A stretch of DNA of 64,000 bases from Monocercomonoides exilis PA203 (GCA_001643675.2 LSRY02000020.1:1116001-1180000); one strand, 5' to 3'; positions 25,358 through 38,182 are shown, counted from the stretch's first letter. The notes: generated by a model not told the origin, from the letters alone. Program-made: numbers and translations.

Positions 25358-25359
<2 letters not shown>
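24670..25359. mobile_element. ~690-bp MITE/foldback-like element with ~245-260-bp terminal inverted repeats
   Basis: 24700-24915 is an almost perfect reverse complement of 25115-25328. The match extends with mismatches to CCATCTTTCTGAA / TTCAGAAAGACGG. No ORF of note. Confidence 0.8.
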
Positions 25360-25391
<32 letters not shown>

Positions 25392-25470
25392 AAAAAGTTA
25401 TTTTTACCAAACAATTATTAGAATTTATGAAAAGTTCCTTTTGTTTTATTTTCACATTTAACAAAAATTT

Positions 25471-26172
25471 CATATGGGTGATTCTTTATGAAAAGTCGCA
25501 CATGTTTAATTTTCAAATAAATCAAAAATTTTTATTTCACTCAAATTTTTGTTGACATACACAAAACTTCACTTAAATGGAACTGATTACTTTATAATGC
25601 TATTTTAAACATTCTTGAGAAGATTTGTGAGTGGAAACAGAAATTTGAGTGAAATATTAAATTTGAGATTTAGATGAAAAATTAACATTTGTGACTTTTC
25701 AAAAAGAATCACCCATATGTGAAATTCTTTTTGAAAAGTCGCAAATGTTCAATTTTCATAAAAATCGAAATTATCATATTTTGCTCAAATTTCTGTTTCC
25801 ACTAACGAATCTATTTTGAAATGTGTGATATAGCATTATCCAGAAATAGATTCCATATAAATGAAGTTTTGTGTTTGTTAACATAAATTTGAGCAAAATA
25901 TGAATATTTTGATATATTTGAAAATTTAACATTTGTGACTTTTCAAAAAGAATCACCCATATGTGTGTTTCTTTTTAAAATCATTTTATTGTTCGTGTTA
26001 AGATCAAAAATTTTATCTTGATGGGATTTTGAAAAATTGAACAAAACTGTTTATACACGTTGTTTATGATGTTGTTATTGCAGAAACAAATTTTTAACAA
26101 AAATCCCATTTAGTTTCAATTTTTGATCAAAACTCCAACGAAAGTGTGATTTCAAAAAGGATTAGTAATATG
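25471..26172. repeat. Array of three TIR-bearing cassettes joined at CATATG sites (25471, 25714, 25958, degenerate 26167)
   Basis: Units 1 and 2 start with CATATG(G/T)G..TTCTTT.TGAAAAGTCGCA-like sequence and end with its reverse complement. They are diverged inverted copies of each other. Unit 3 has related but more diverged ends and its own internal inverted arms. Confidence 0.75.
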
Positions 26173-26913
26173 GACCACACTATAAGTGGGAACAGAAAAT
26201 ATGTTGGATATATTCAATCTTAATTTTCACCTGAAAATTGGGAGAAAATTTTTGTAAAATCACCACAGATCAAAAAAGAGAACCATTATTATTTAGTGAA
26301 AAACTGTTTTTTTTTCAGCATCAGCCTTTGAAGGCAAATTTTCGATGAAAAAGAATTGTATTGAAACACATAAGATATTTTTCGTTCTCGTTTATAATCG
26401 CGTGAATTAAATTGTATATTATGATCAGAACAAATTCTATTCTTATTGAAACTGAAGTATGCAGGAAGATATGAATTATGAAAAAAATCGTTCATATGGA
26501 ACTTTTGTAGAACTAAGTGTTTTTCCAAAGAGTTGTAATTGAAGTGTGTTTCATTTGATTCAGATTATATTTTTTTGCATTTTATTTATTTCAGTTGAAT
26601 AGATTTATTTGGCAGTGGAATATTCAACCTCTAAATTTTCTTTTATTAAAGGCAAATCAGATATTATGGTGAATTCCAAAACTTCCCACCAAAAATCAAC
26701 ATTTCCTCTTCATTTACAAAGAAGGTCAGATTTCATCATTAAAGTGATTGTATACCCAAAAAGAAAATTTTTCTTCCAGTTTCATATTTTCATCAAATGA
26801 TTCAAATTTAAACGTTTTGAAAGAATCCATATTAAAAGATCTTGACATTTCTTCATTCGAATAATTTTTTTGTATGCAAAGGGCAGTGAACAAAACAATA
26901 ATTATTCCTTTCA

Positions 26914-27950
26914 CAATGAAGGAGGTGCAATTACACTTCGCTAAACAAATACTCAAAGACAGAAGCGATGCATTATCAATTCATTTTTTATAAACTGCAT
27001 TGTGAATCATACAACCTCATCCACTGGAGGTGCAATTGAGTATTGGATTGCAGCAGATAAAGTTGTGATTTCAAACTGCTTGTTCTGTCATTGCTATTCA
27101 ATGGGTGGAGGAGGCGCTGTTGGTATATTAATAAATAGGAACAATGACGGAACATTGCTTTATTACTGTTTTTTTTACAATAACACTTATAAAAAGGTGG
27201 GTATGATATTTATCTTTGTAGCTCTTCAGAAAACAACATTTATTCAAGCTGCTATTCAACCAGTCAACCAAAAAACAGAGTTGTCACATATCACAAGCCA
27301 ATCATTGATAAAAGTGAATGACTTTAAAACGTTAGCAGAAGAATCATATTTGGATCATAGAGTGATTCAGAACCTGATGCCATTGATACATATGCATGTG
27401 GACTGGATGGAATCCATCCATGCAGTACCATCGGCCATTGATTTACTCAAATTATACCATACAACGGAAATGAAGTTCAGATGCTCAAAGGAACTTTTAC
27501 AGAAACAAAAAGTTTTGGTTGAGGACAAGACAGTTTTGCTATTTATGGCCAAAGTGATATGAACACAGAAATCCAAAAAAGAATTAGATGCAGCCGGGCT
27601 GTCTCAATCTTCCGTATCAACAGGTTCATTGACCACAAGGTATTTTGTCCTTGTCCATAACTCGGTTCATCCGAATAACCGTGAGTAAAAGCTGTTTGAG
27701 ATAAGTGGAGCAGGAGAGATGCATGTTAGCAGGATGAACATATCTGCTGGAAGTGGGCAATCTTCAGAAACATCATTTTAGACAGAACTGATAAATGTTC
27801 AGAATGGGATGCATCAGATGGAACATGTGAACAGGGCAAAGACGATTTCCACAAATTCGCTGTTTTCGCTTTCTTCAAAAAATGAGATTTCATTAACACT
27901 ATCTGTGTGTGCCTTTGATGGGAAAGAAAGAACAATTATTAATCGTTTAA
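26914..27950 (+). pseudogene. Disrupted fragment of the GGAI/CG..PC beta-helix membrane protein family
   Basis: Reads HNEGGAITLR*...SSTGGAIEY...SNCLFCHCYSMGGGGAV..YCFFYNN, then after frameshifting DTYACGLDGIHPCSTIGH*FTQ..MLKGTFTE. These are the motifs of 13786-24354, interrupted by stops and frameshifts. Confidence 0.7.
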
Positions 27951-28559
27951 TAGCTATTCGAATTGAATGAAAAAGACAAATACACAGAAACATTTGTCAA
28001 ATCATATGATGAATGAAAAAATGCTCTATAATTGCAATTATTGGCTGGAGGATCGAGGCTGATCAGTGTGTTCCTTTTGAAGAAGCCAGGAGCCTCGAAG
28101 AGCCAAATGCACAAAATCAGAAGATGGAGTTCCACAATATGAATCTGTAGTTCCAGCGCAGCGCAGAAGGAAATAGTTTCAATGGAAACCTCAATTCCAG
28201 CAAACAGAAGATACTGTTCTAATTGGAATGCAAACAAAGACGAAAGCCAAGAAACGCAAAATTCAGCTGCACACATCCGAGGAAAATTCCGCTTGTCCAC
28301 AAACACACAATGTGAAACTGAAAACATTTCAATCTTCTTTTTCCAGTTACATAACCTCCTCAAATACTGCATAATCATATTTCTCCTCTGCCTCAATACC
28401 TGCTCCAAAATGCATAAATTCCCCATCTGACTTCAAACGTCCATTCCATATTCTCATTCATATTCACTCCACGTTTTCTTCTCTCGACCCTCTTCTCTGA
28501 TCGCTTTGGTTTCCGTTTGATTTTTCTCTTTCAGATAAAAAATTCGTATTCTGCGGATG

Positions 28560-31050
28560 GAAAAAATATAGAGGAATCACAAACTATTCCTCCTTTTTCA
28601 TCTGCAGCTTCTTTCTTCTTCAGAGCTGTAAGCTCCACCAACAACTGCACCTTTTGGAGCAACTCTAACCACTCTCAATTCTTAGCCACAACTTACAATG
28701 CAGCCTCTACCAGCCGTTTCACAGGATCTCAACCCTTGCACCCTCCGACGCCCACGAAAGCAAAAGCACCCGACCGTTCAGCTCCGGTTCAGCAGCCAAA
28801 GTGATGACTCACCTTCTTCGCATCAACTCTGATCTCGAACTCATTCAGAGGCACTCATCGATCAGTTGTATCGCACACATCTGGCAGCAGCAGGCACAGC
28901 GCGAAGAAGTCATTGCGCTGGTGCACCTCAAGAACGGTCACAAATGATAGAAAGCAGCACCCAAACAACCTGAACGCTGCTTGAAAAATCTGAAGTCACA
29001 GCTCTGGCAATGTCTGTGGATGTCTCAAACGAAAGATACTCCATTTTGTCTTGTGCGAATTCTCTTCTTGCCGCCTTTGAAGCAGAAGAAGAAAAAGAAG
29101 AAGAAGAAGAAATTGATGCATCGCCAGAACGTGTGGGATTAAACGGAGCCTTCTTCGCCTTTTTCACCTCGCTTCTTCTTTCTTGAAGTAATTCTGAGAA
29201 AATTCTGGATAGACGAATGCTTTGGATTTCATCTTATCAGACTGCAGCTTTTCAAACTTGCCAAAAATTATCTTAATCTTCTTCTCCAATACCACTTCAA
29301 ACAGCAATTTGTTGAGGAACAAGAAGTACAACAACTAATTTACTGCGAATTCCTCTCTCACAAACTTCACAAACAGCCGCATTTCGCAAAGTTATTCAGG
29401 AACAGCTCTTCATCGTGGATCATCGTCCTCCGCCCAGGCTTGCTCTTCTTCTCCTCTGCGTTCTATTTTCCCAGACACATGAACACAAAGTCACCAAATA
29501 CCTTCCTCTGATGTGCTTCCCATTTCACCAAAAGATTTTCCCCACACAAATCTGCTGCAATCTTATCTCTATATTTCCTCAGGATCTTCGATGGAGATCA
29601 CATCACCCACAGCTGCAGCCCAGTCTTCAGCGGCACCAGCAGTCTCTGCATCGGTAAAGACAACCGCCGCGTGGGTGGCATCCGAAGCACATGCGCCGTT
29701 TCGAACGCCACTTTCCCCAGCGACCAAGACATTGTGCTCATCAGCTGCTCCATCGCTGTTGACCCCGTCGGAAAAGACGTCCTGCCTGCCGCAGATAATC
29801 CTATTCCCGAACCACCCAGAGTAGTCACAGGCCACTCCAACTCTTGTCGGTTTATGCTGTCTGTTGTCTGCTCAAGAAGCATGAACTGCCGCTGCACAAC
29901 AGTCGCCTTCTCTGCCACTGCCCCTTTCCCTTCCCCAGCTAGAACTGCAGCTGGCATCACTCCTTTTGCACCATTTCCATTACAGCCATTGGGACCAGCT
30001 TTCTTCTTCTCAATTTCTCGCTGATCACAAATTTAATTACACTCCTTCTGTCTCCCTCTCCACCGCTTGTATTCTTTTATCACCCGTTGTTTTCCTCTCC
30101 AACAACAGTCACTCCGCTCCCCGTGTTTTCAGAAACAACCTTTAAAGTGGGGATAAGTCCAAATTTCAAAGTGTTGCCATTTGCGATTCTCACGTCAAAC
30201 TTTTCCTACTCTTTGCACTCAGCCCAGAAGGCAGCATCAATAAAGCCAAAGGAATAACCATCCCGCCATCCGTTGAGGCCAATGAAGAAAGCGTGGTAAG
30301 ATATATCCCAACTTTACCAGCGATACCTCACTGTTTCCGCTCACCAATCAGCCCTGCTGTATATAGCGCTTCTTCTTCTTCTCAGACCCTGCATCCAAAA
30401 GCTCCGCCTTCTCCTTGATCGTTGACAGCTGCTCCTGTGGATCTTTCACTTCTGCGTTGTGCTTCTCGCTCAGCTCCAGAATCTTCCTCTGATTCATCTG
30501 GATGAATTTGTTCTTTTCCTGCAACTGCTCCACCAGCCCGCCCATCCGCATGGATATCCGCTTATCGTCCAGGATCTTTTGTAGCAGAATGTTGAACTCC
30601 TAATACCTCCTTTTCATGCCCTCCTTTTCATTACCTCCTCCTCTTCCTCTTCATCTCACCTCTCTTCATTACTGCCAGGCAATCTCTGCAGGCGACAGAA
30701 CCACATCCTCCATCCTCCATCCTCAGCTCCTCCACCTCTAGTCCCTTCTCCTCGATCTTCCCAACTTCACACACTGCAACCCCTCGCCCCATCACTTCGT
30801 CGTCCAGCTTCACCGCCAAATATTTCAACAGAGACAATCGCCACATCTGCAGCGACGGGTCAAACAGATTATATATCAAGAGAAATACATTCACATCCGC
30901 ATCCGCAAGATCCGCTTGCTCCCCGACCTCGTACCCACCGACGCTACAAGCGACGAAGGCTGCGCCACCAGTGAAACCGAAAGAATCGTCAAAAGCACCA
31001 CATCGTATGCACACACAACACCCTCATACAGCACCGCACTCTAAGCCACA
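28560..31050 (-). pseudogene. Decayed coding-like sequence (coiled-coil and Ala-rich fragments) of unknown origin
   Basis: GC-richer than the flanks. Protein-like frames are broken by stops, e.g. EGMKRRY*EFNILLQKILDDKRISMRMGGLVEQLQEKNK.. and DPVKRLVEAAL*VVAKN*EWLELLQK.. Confidence 0.4.
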
Positions 31051-32595
31051 ACATATCCCTTCAGCGTCTGCTGCTCACTCAACAACGACTATTTGTGATT
31101 TGCATGCACCTCAGCTGCTTCAGATGCAACAATCTTCAGCCATCTCTCGATGTCGTCCATTGCTTCTGCTGACAGTTTTTTTGCAGCCACAGCCGATATA
31201 TTTGACGGATCAATAACAGGTACATTTCATGATGAATAAGTATTCCCTTCTTCTTTTATTGGGATATCGGTAAAGGGAAGAATGATATAATAATACACAT
31301 GCTTCTCATATTGAAGATAACGATGAAAGTCAAAATAAACGAAAGTGATTGCGGATTTTTGTGTGAAAACAGTTTTGAAAATACTCTTAGTATTCATTTT
31401 CATTCCTTTGTTTTCTCTTTTTCAAAGACAAACTCGAACTTAAAATATGGATAATTAATTGTGTTATTTTTTGTTGAATATACAACGATCATCAATTTCA
31501 TTAAAGTTAAAATACAAATAAGTTATTAACATATTGTCTTAGTGCACTTTTTGTTTTATTAAAAGAGTCAAAGTTGAAAAAAAGAGATAATACGATATTC
31601 GAAATCAACGGATATGAAGCTAACTTTAAATCTATTCATTAACTCAATGAAGTTATATTAATAATTATTGTTGTTATTCAAATAAAAAACATAAAAAACT
31701 CATTGCACTGAAAAAGACTAATAAAAATACTTGAAATTGTCGTGTTTCAGTAAAATAACAAAAATAAACAATAAAATACTTCGATTATTGTGTTCTTCAC
31801 TTCATGTTAACAAAGAATATTGCAAATAATAAAACTCCAAACTCTTCCATGGAGAAAAAAAGAGTGCTTTAATTAATAATGAATAAATTACGGTTAACAA
31901 ATATTTGGTTCTGATTTTTTGTGGGACAGATCAGGCTAAAAAAAAGTGATTTTTCAAAAATTTTCACCCAATTAAACAAAATGAAGTTTTCAAACAAAAT
32001 CATCCATGTTAAAATTATTATAGAATAAAGCAATATTATTTCGTTACTGCTATTTTTATAAATTCCATTTTAAATATGTTTTGTTTTTTTTTTTTTTATT
32101 GAAACAAACATTGATACAAAAATATGTTCTCAAGGATATGTTTTTAAAATTTTTTTTTATTTTTTAATAGGTTGATTTTAATGTTTAATTAACTTTTATA
32201 AATTATAATTATTATTTTGTGATTCCCATTTTTATCTCGAAGTTTTAGGTTCTTTTCCTTTTTTTTTTTAAAATTAACACGAGTGATAAACTAACTTGAC
32301 ATGAAAAATTATTGTTTTAATACACTGTTTGTTCTTCGCAAACAAAAAATAATATTTTTGAACAGAAAAAATATCGTTTTTTCACAATGGTTAAACACGT
32401 CATTTGTGACTAAATCCCCAAAAAAATTTGAAACATCCCTTCCTCCCACATAATCCCTCACACAAACATACACACAATTTATTGTTGATTATTAAATATT
32501 TTAAAAAAAACTAAATTGGAGAAATTTTCAGAAATTTCCCATAAATCATAATTGTCATTTTTATTTTGTTGTGAAATTTTCGAATCAAAATTCAA

Positions 32596-35483
32596 ATGTC
32601 ATCTGGAAAATTGTATCAAAATTATCAAAAGACATTTACATTTTTGGAAGTACCATTTATGCAGCCAATGGAACTGGCATTTTTTAGTATAATGTCAATT
32701 TCATTAAGTTCATGCATAAGTAAAGTATTTTGCATAAAAAACCAATGGGCCCGTTTTGCTTTGGACTTCATATTTTGCGTACTCCCAACTAGCCTTGAAC
32801 TTATGCTTATTTACCACAACGAAGCAGGCAGAATACAACTCACTGTTGTCGTGCTGTATTTGATTGTATTTTTGATGTATGCTTTCATATTTAAGCTTAA
32901 CTGATACCATTTGTTAATGCTATTCGTTTTTTTCACGATAAAAGTGCATTCCTTAAAAAAAGAATAACATTTGATGCTTCAAGAATAGTGAAAAAATTTA
33001 ATGAGCAGAAAAATCTTCTTTTGGAATATCCTCGTGTATTTTTAAATCTAAATACATGTATTTGCATTATGGCGGTTGATTTTCCACCACATTTGCCATC
33101 TGTAACAAAAACGCATGCAATGGGATGCTCTTTTGTATGCGTATATCTTCTTTTAAATTTATGAATGATAAATAATCATGCTTGTTTCTGAAGATGGATG
33201 CTGGGATTGCTTTAACGGCTTGTGGTTCTGCATCATCGTTTCATCGTCGAATGAACAGGCAATTTAGAGATAAACCATTTACAAGAAAATCACTCTTGAG
33301 CATAGCAAAGGGATACTTAATAAAAGACGGAATGCTATTCTTAATGGGAGTATTTAGAACAACCTTTTTGTTAGCCTCCGTATGATAATATTTTTTAATA
33401 CTACGGATTGACTATATTCATAAAAAAATTTTATCAAATGTTTCTGTTTTTTCTTATTTTCTTTATTTACGGGCAAAATTTTCTTGTAATTTATTAAAAT
33501 TTCTTTTTCATTTTCTTTTTTTTCTTAGGGCTACAGTTATGATGTTAACGAATACGGAGTGCATTGGAATTTCTTTTTCACGTTATGCCAGTTGGATATT
33601 TCTGTTCTTCTTATAATGTGGATTACAAACGATTACGAATGGAAGCCTCTTTGGCTGTCCATCTTTATTTTAATCGGTATGAACCAATGCTTTTATGTTT
33701 TTTAAAGGAGATAATAAATCTTTGATTGAACATTTTTTTTTCAATGTCTTTTCAAAAAAATATATTATTTCTTTTTTATTTGATACCTTTCGAATCATGT
33801 TTTCATTACATAATTTTTGTATATACATGAAATCTTACTAAACAACAATATTTCAACACATTTATCAACATTTAGCATACTCAACCAGCCTTAAGTTTTT
33901 CTGTTTAGAAGATCTTTTCGTTTCACCCAGATTTAACACATTTTTAGGTGAGAACTTTGAAGGATTGTTTTCTTCCTTTGGTATGATGCATTGACTTTAT
34001 ATTTCTATTAATTATTATTATTATTATTATTATTATACTCCTCTTAAACAACCTTGTCATTATCCAACTATTTTTCTTTCTTTATTAAATTATTTATGAA
34101 TTATTTCATATGATTCAACATATCTTTAACATTTAATAATAATTATTATTATTCAAAAAAAAATTAAATCAGGATTTCCGTTGTTTCACTTTGCTGCTTC
34201 TTATTTAACATTCCTTGTTGAGAAGGAGCATCGTTCAGTTACATCCATATTCAGATACTTCGTTTATATTTCAACTTGTGCAATCCTCTTAGCTCTTATG
34301 CCAAAGATTTTGGCTTTTTGTTTAGACAAGTGTGACTTTCTTAATTGCATTTGGTTATGAAACTGTATTTTTATGTGATATTAATTTCGTATTATTTTTC
34401 TTTGCTATGTCTTTAATATCATTTCTCTTCTTTTCTTTTCTTTTCCTTTTCCTTTATCATTTTTCATTTTTCTTTGATTCAATCACAATTTTCCCTCAAT
34501 ATCTATAATATTTATATCCATCATGCTATTAATGCTGCATTTTCTATTCCAGATTTACATCCTTGCTTGAAATAATCATCCTTCCTCCTGCTTCTACTTC
34601 TATGAATTTGTACTCGACAGAGAAAGATGGAGTGCTGAGTGTGATTGACAGGCTCCTGCGCTCGATGCAGAGCTCGTTTGAAATGCACCCTGCCAGAAGA
34701 ATGGTATGTGTTCCTTTTATATCTCGATTTATTGTTCTCAATGGGAAGCTAATGTTATTTTGATGATTAATTGTGCATATAAAAATATAAAAAATACTTT
34801 CGTTTTTACAAAATTTCTTTATTTCATTGTTTTTAATTTGAAATTACTAACTTTTCTCTCAATCATATTTTTAATTATTGTTTCTTTTTTTTTTTTTTTT
34901 GTTACTCAATGAAAATTCTTTTCTTTTCTTTTCTCTTCTCTTCTCTTTCCTCCTCCTCCTCCTTCTCCCTCCCCCACATTCCCCAAAAAACCAGTGCAAC
35001 TTCCCATTTGTGATGAGATGTCTGTCATATCGTCTCTTCACAAAAGTGTACTCATGGATATTTGTGTTCTGTGAGTCATTGATAACAGACTCTCCTTCCT
35101 CTCAAGCAGAAATATTGCCTCTACAAGACAATTCCCGTTCAAAGACATCATTATCATCATCATTATCATCATCAACAACAACATCATTAACATCAACATC
35201 TTCTTCTTCTTCTTCTTCTTCCTCTTCCTCTCTCTCCAAACCAGCCAATCAATCCACATTCTTCAGCTATCTCTTCAGCCGCCAGCAGTTCATCACGTTT
35301 CTCTCAGCCAACATTATGATCGGACTCAACCACGTTCTCTTTGAGCCATCTCATTTCCAGAACAGGAGAGCCACGGCTGTCTTGCTCTGCTTCATCATCC
35401 TTGTTGTTTGCGGGATTTCGTATGTATTCTCTACAATCTTGTCACTTATCGGTAGAAGGAATAAGAAGAAACGCCAGAATTGA
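32596..35483 (+). CDS. PIGW: GPI inositol acyltransferase PIG-W/GWT1, multi-exon
   Basis: Spliced motifs TCICIMAVDFPP....KTHAMGCSF-MDAG (cf. TCIAILAVDF..AK.ET.G.SLMD.G), GYSYDVNEYGVHWNFFFTL (cf. EYGVHWNFFFTL), GENFEGLFSSFG (cf. NREG..S..G), ARRM-CNFPFV and FLSANIMIG. Many TM segments. Introns include 32877-32944, 33135-33193 and 33380-33528. Confidence 0.88.
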
Positions 35484-35584
35484 GTGGGGAACTTGAGTTT
35501 CAGTGGTAATTTATACGTTTCTTTTCTTTTCTTTCTTTCTTTTTATTTTTTGTTTCTGCTGATTTGTTTTAAGTTCGGTTCGTG

Positions 35585-35619
<35 letters not shown>

Positions 35620-36189
35620 TTTTGCATTTTTTTCTGCAAAACCTTGTAAAGACGCAAAAAAATCATGCCAAACAGATTAAACACAGAAACAATGAAAAAT
35701 CTATGGAAAAAAATATATTTTTTTTTGAAAGAAGGATTTTCAAAAGGTTAGAATTCTTTTAAATGGCAATATCCTCTTTTCAGATATTGAAAGTCAAAAT
35801 TAGAACAAATTTTCACATTACTTTTATCTCCAAAAAAAAAAAAAAGGAATTAAATTTCTAAGTCACTAAATAAATATTAATGAAACAAATAAATAAATTT
35901 ATTATATACATCAATTATGGAGGAATTGAAATTTTCTTTGACAAATATCATAACCAAATCAGTTCATTTTAAAGAATCAAGCTGATAATAACAATGGATG
36001 ATTATTTTGCAATATAATTAAAAATTTCGAATTTATAATACTATATTAAATCATGAAAAAATCTTTTTGATAAAAATTATATTGTCTCCTTCAACAAAAA
36101 ATATCGGTTTATATAATAAAAATATTTGAAAAAAAATTAATCCGAAAATAACCCCATCGATCAACAGATCAACTTCTCATCAGAAAACC

Positions 36190-36747
36190 ATGAAGTACTT
36201 GCCTAAAAAGCAGTTAAAAGTCAATCAAGTTATCAAGCCTTCAAACCGCAGAGTTTGATTTATTGGAATTTTGAGAGTAATTCGAAGATTCATTTTGATT
36301 TGATATTATTTGCTTGAACTTAATTTTAGCGTTTGTGCAAAAGAGTGAAGCTTGTCAGAGAAGTTGTCCGTGAAATTTCAGGTTTCAGTCCTTATGAAAA
36401 ACGTATCATGGAGTTGCTGAAGCTTGGAAAGGAAAAGAGAGCATTGAAATTTGCAAAAGCAAGAGTGTGTTTTTATCTCATTTCGATTCATCAAAGCATT
36501 TATAAATAAAAAAATTTGAAACCATCTCACTAAATTTTGATTTCGTTGAATATGCATTTTTTTAAAGTTGGGGACACATCAACGTGCATTGAAAAAGAGA
36601 TCAGAACTCGACAGAATTCTTCATCAAGCAGCCACCAAAAAGAAGGCCGAGCATCACGTTCACGAACACAAGGAACACAAGGAGCACAAAGTCGTCAAAA
36701 AAACCGAGAAAAAAGACGAGAAGAAGGTTGAAGTTAAAAAGAACTAA
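36190..36747 (+). CDS. RPL36: 60S ribosomal protein L36 (eL36); exons 36190-36252, 36330-36464, 36568-36747
   Basis: Spliced translation ..[56 protein letters not shown].. matches the eL36 signature GFAPYE.R..ELL....KRALKF.K.RLGTH.RA. Confidence 0.95.
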
Positions 36748-37229
36748 AAGCTTTTTCTTTCTTATTATTTGATGTAAAAAACTTCAGTCACTTCTTTGCT
36801 TAACACGCTTCATAACCTCAATGCTTATCTGAATTTATATATACGAAAATATGGGGATAATTTGTTCTGAGTATATTGTTAAAATACATCAAAAGGGCAA
36901 AATTGAAAAAAAAAATTTTTTTTAAATTTTTTGAAGAAAATATTTGGTCATTTTATGAAAATGCTTCATAAAATTGATTATTTAAAAATAAGCTTGAAAA
37001 TCTCGAGAATTGTGAATAATCCATAAAAATTAATGTTCAAAGAAAACTCTTCCAATTTTAAATGAGAATATTAAAGAAATGAAGTAAGTCATTTGTTTAG
37101 GTTGTCTTTCTTATTTTTTTAACTTTACAATCAGAAATACATCCAATGCAAAATGATCCTTTCCCATATCATATATCTCATTCGATTGAAAAATCCCCAT
37201 TTCGCCATATTTAAAATAAAAAGAGGAAA

Positions 37230-37986
37230 ATGGTGTTGAAAAAGCCAGGGCAGAAGTTTGTAAGCTTTAAAAACACTTATCCTCAATTTAAACGGCATTT
37301 TTCCCGTCTGCCGTTATATTTTCAGGACTGAACAAAACAAATGCAAAGCAATTCGTATCGAAAAACTTGTTCTCCATATTGGAGTTGGAGAATCTGGTGA
37401 TCGTTTGACAAAAGCGATGAAAGTTCTCGAACAATTGACAGATCAAAAGCCCTGTCAATCTAAAGGTGTGAAAATTTTTATTTGACAAACTTCTCGAAAA
37501 CGAAAAATTTTTTGCAATTTTGCTTCATAAATTAGCGAGACTCACCATCAAGCAATTTGGTGTGAGAAAGAACGAAAAAATTGCATGCTATGTGACAGTT
37601 AGAGGAAAGAAAGCTGAAGAGCTTTTGGAAGCTGGTCTTCGTGTGAAAGAATTTGAGGTTTGATTTCATATGTTTTGGTTAAAATAAAGAAAATAAATCG
37701 ATTTTTTGTGATTGTTTTTTGTTGACGATCTATACAGTTGAAAAAAAGAAACTTTTCCGCAACCGGAAACTTTGGCTTCGGTATTCAGGAACATATTGAT
37801 CTGGGAATGAAATACGATCCCAACACAGGAATCTATGGTATGGATTTCTATGTGTGCCTTGGACGTCCAGGCTTCAGGGTTCACCGTCGCAAGAGAGCGC
37901 CGTCATCAATTGGAAAACCACACAGAATAACAAAGGAAGAGGCAATCAGCTGGTTCAAACAGCGCTTTGAAGGCCTTGTGTTATAA
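37230..37986 (+). CDS. RPL11: 60S ribosomal protein L11 (uL5), 4 exons
   Basis: [94 protein letters not shown], joined through three GT-AG introns. Confidence 0.96.
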
Positions 37987-38182
37987 AACATTTCATCTTT
38001 ATAATTTTGTTAATTTTTATCTCCTATTCACATAAAAAGAATTGGAATAAATAAATAAATTAGAATTACTTTTTCTTATTTTTATTTTCGGAAGGAATGA
38101 AAAAGATTTTATTAGCAAATTATGGTTATAAAGATCACTATTTTTTTGTGAAGTGTTATGACAATTGTAAGATTCTGATACA

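Noticed and set aside
25471-26172. CRISPR-like or integron array interpretation
   Set aside because: Eukaryotic context, units of ~245 bp that are themselves hairpins, no ORFs in the cassettes and no cas or integrase gene in the window.
31455-31700. Weak inverted similarity in AT-rich spacer
   Set aside because: Matches are short and low-complexity, and could arise by chance at this AT content.
36844-37204. Short inverted ends ATGGGGAT / ATCCCCAT between RPL36 and RPL11
   Set aside because: Only ~8-10 bp of match; the right copy is better explained as the promoter-proximal CCCAT motif.
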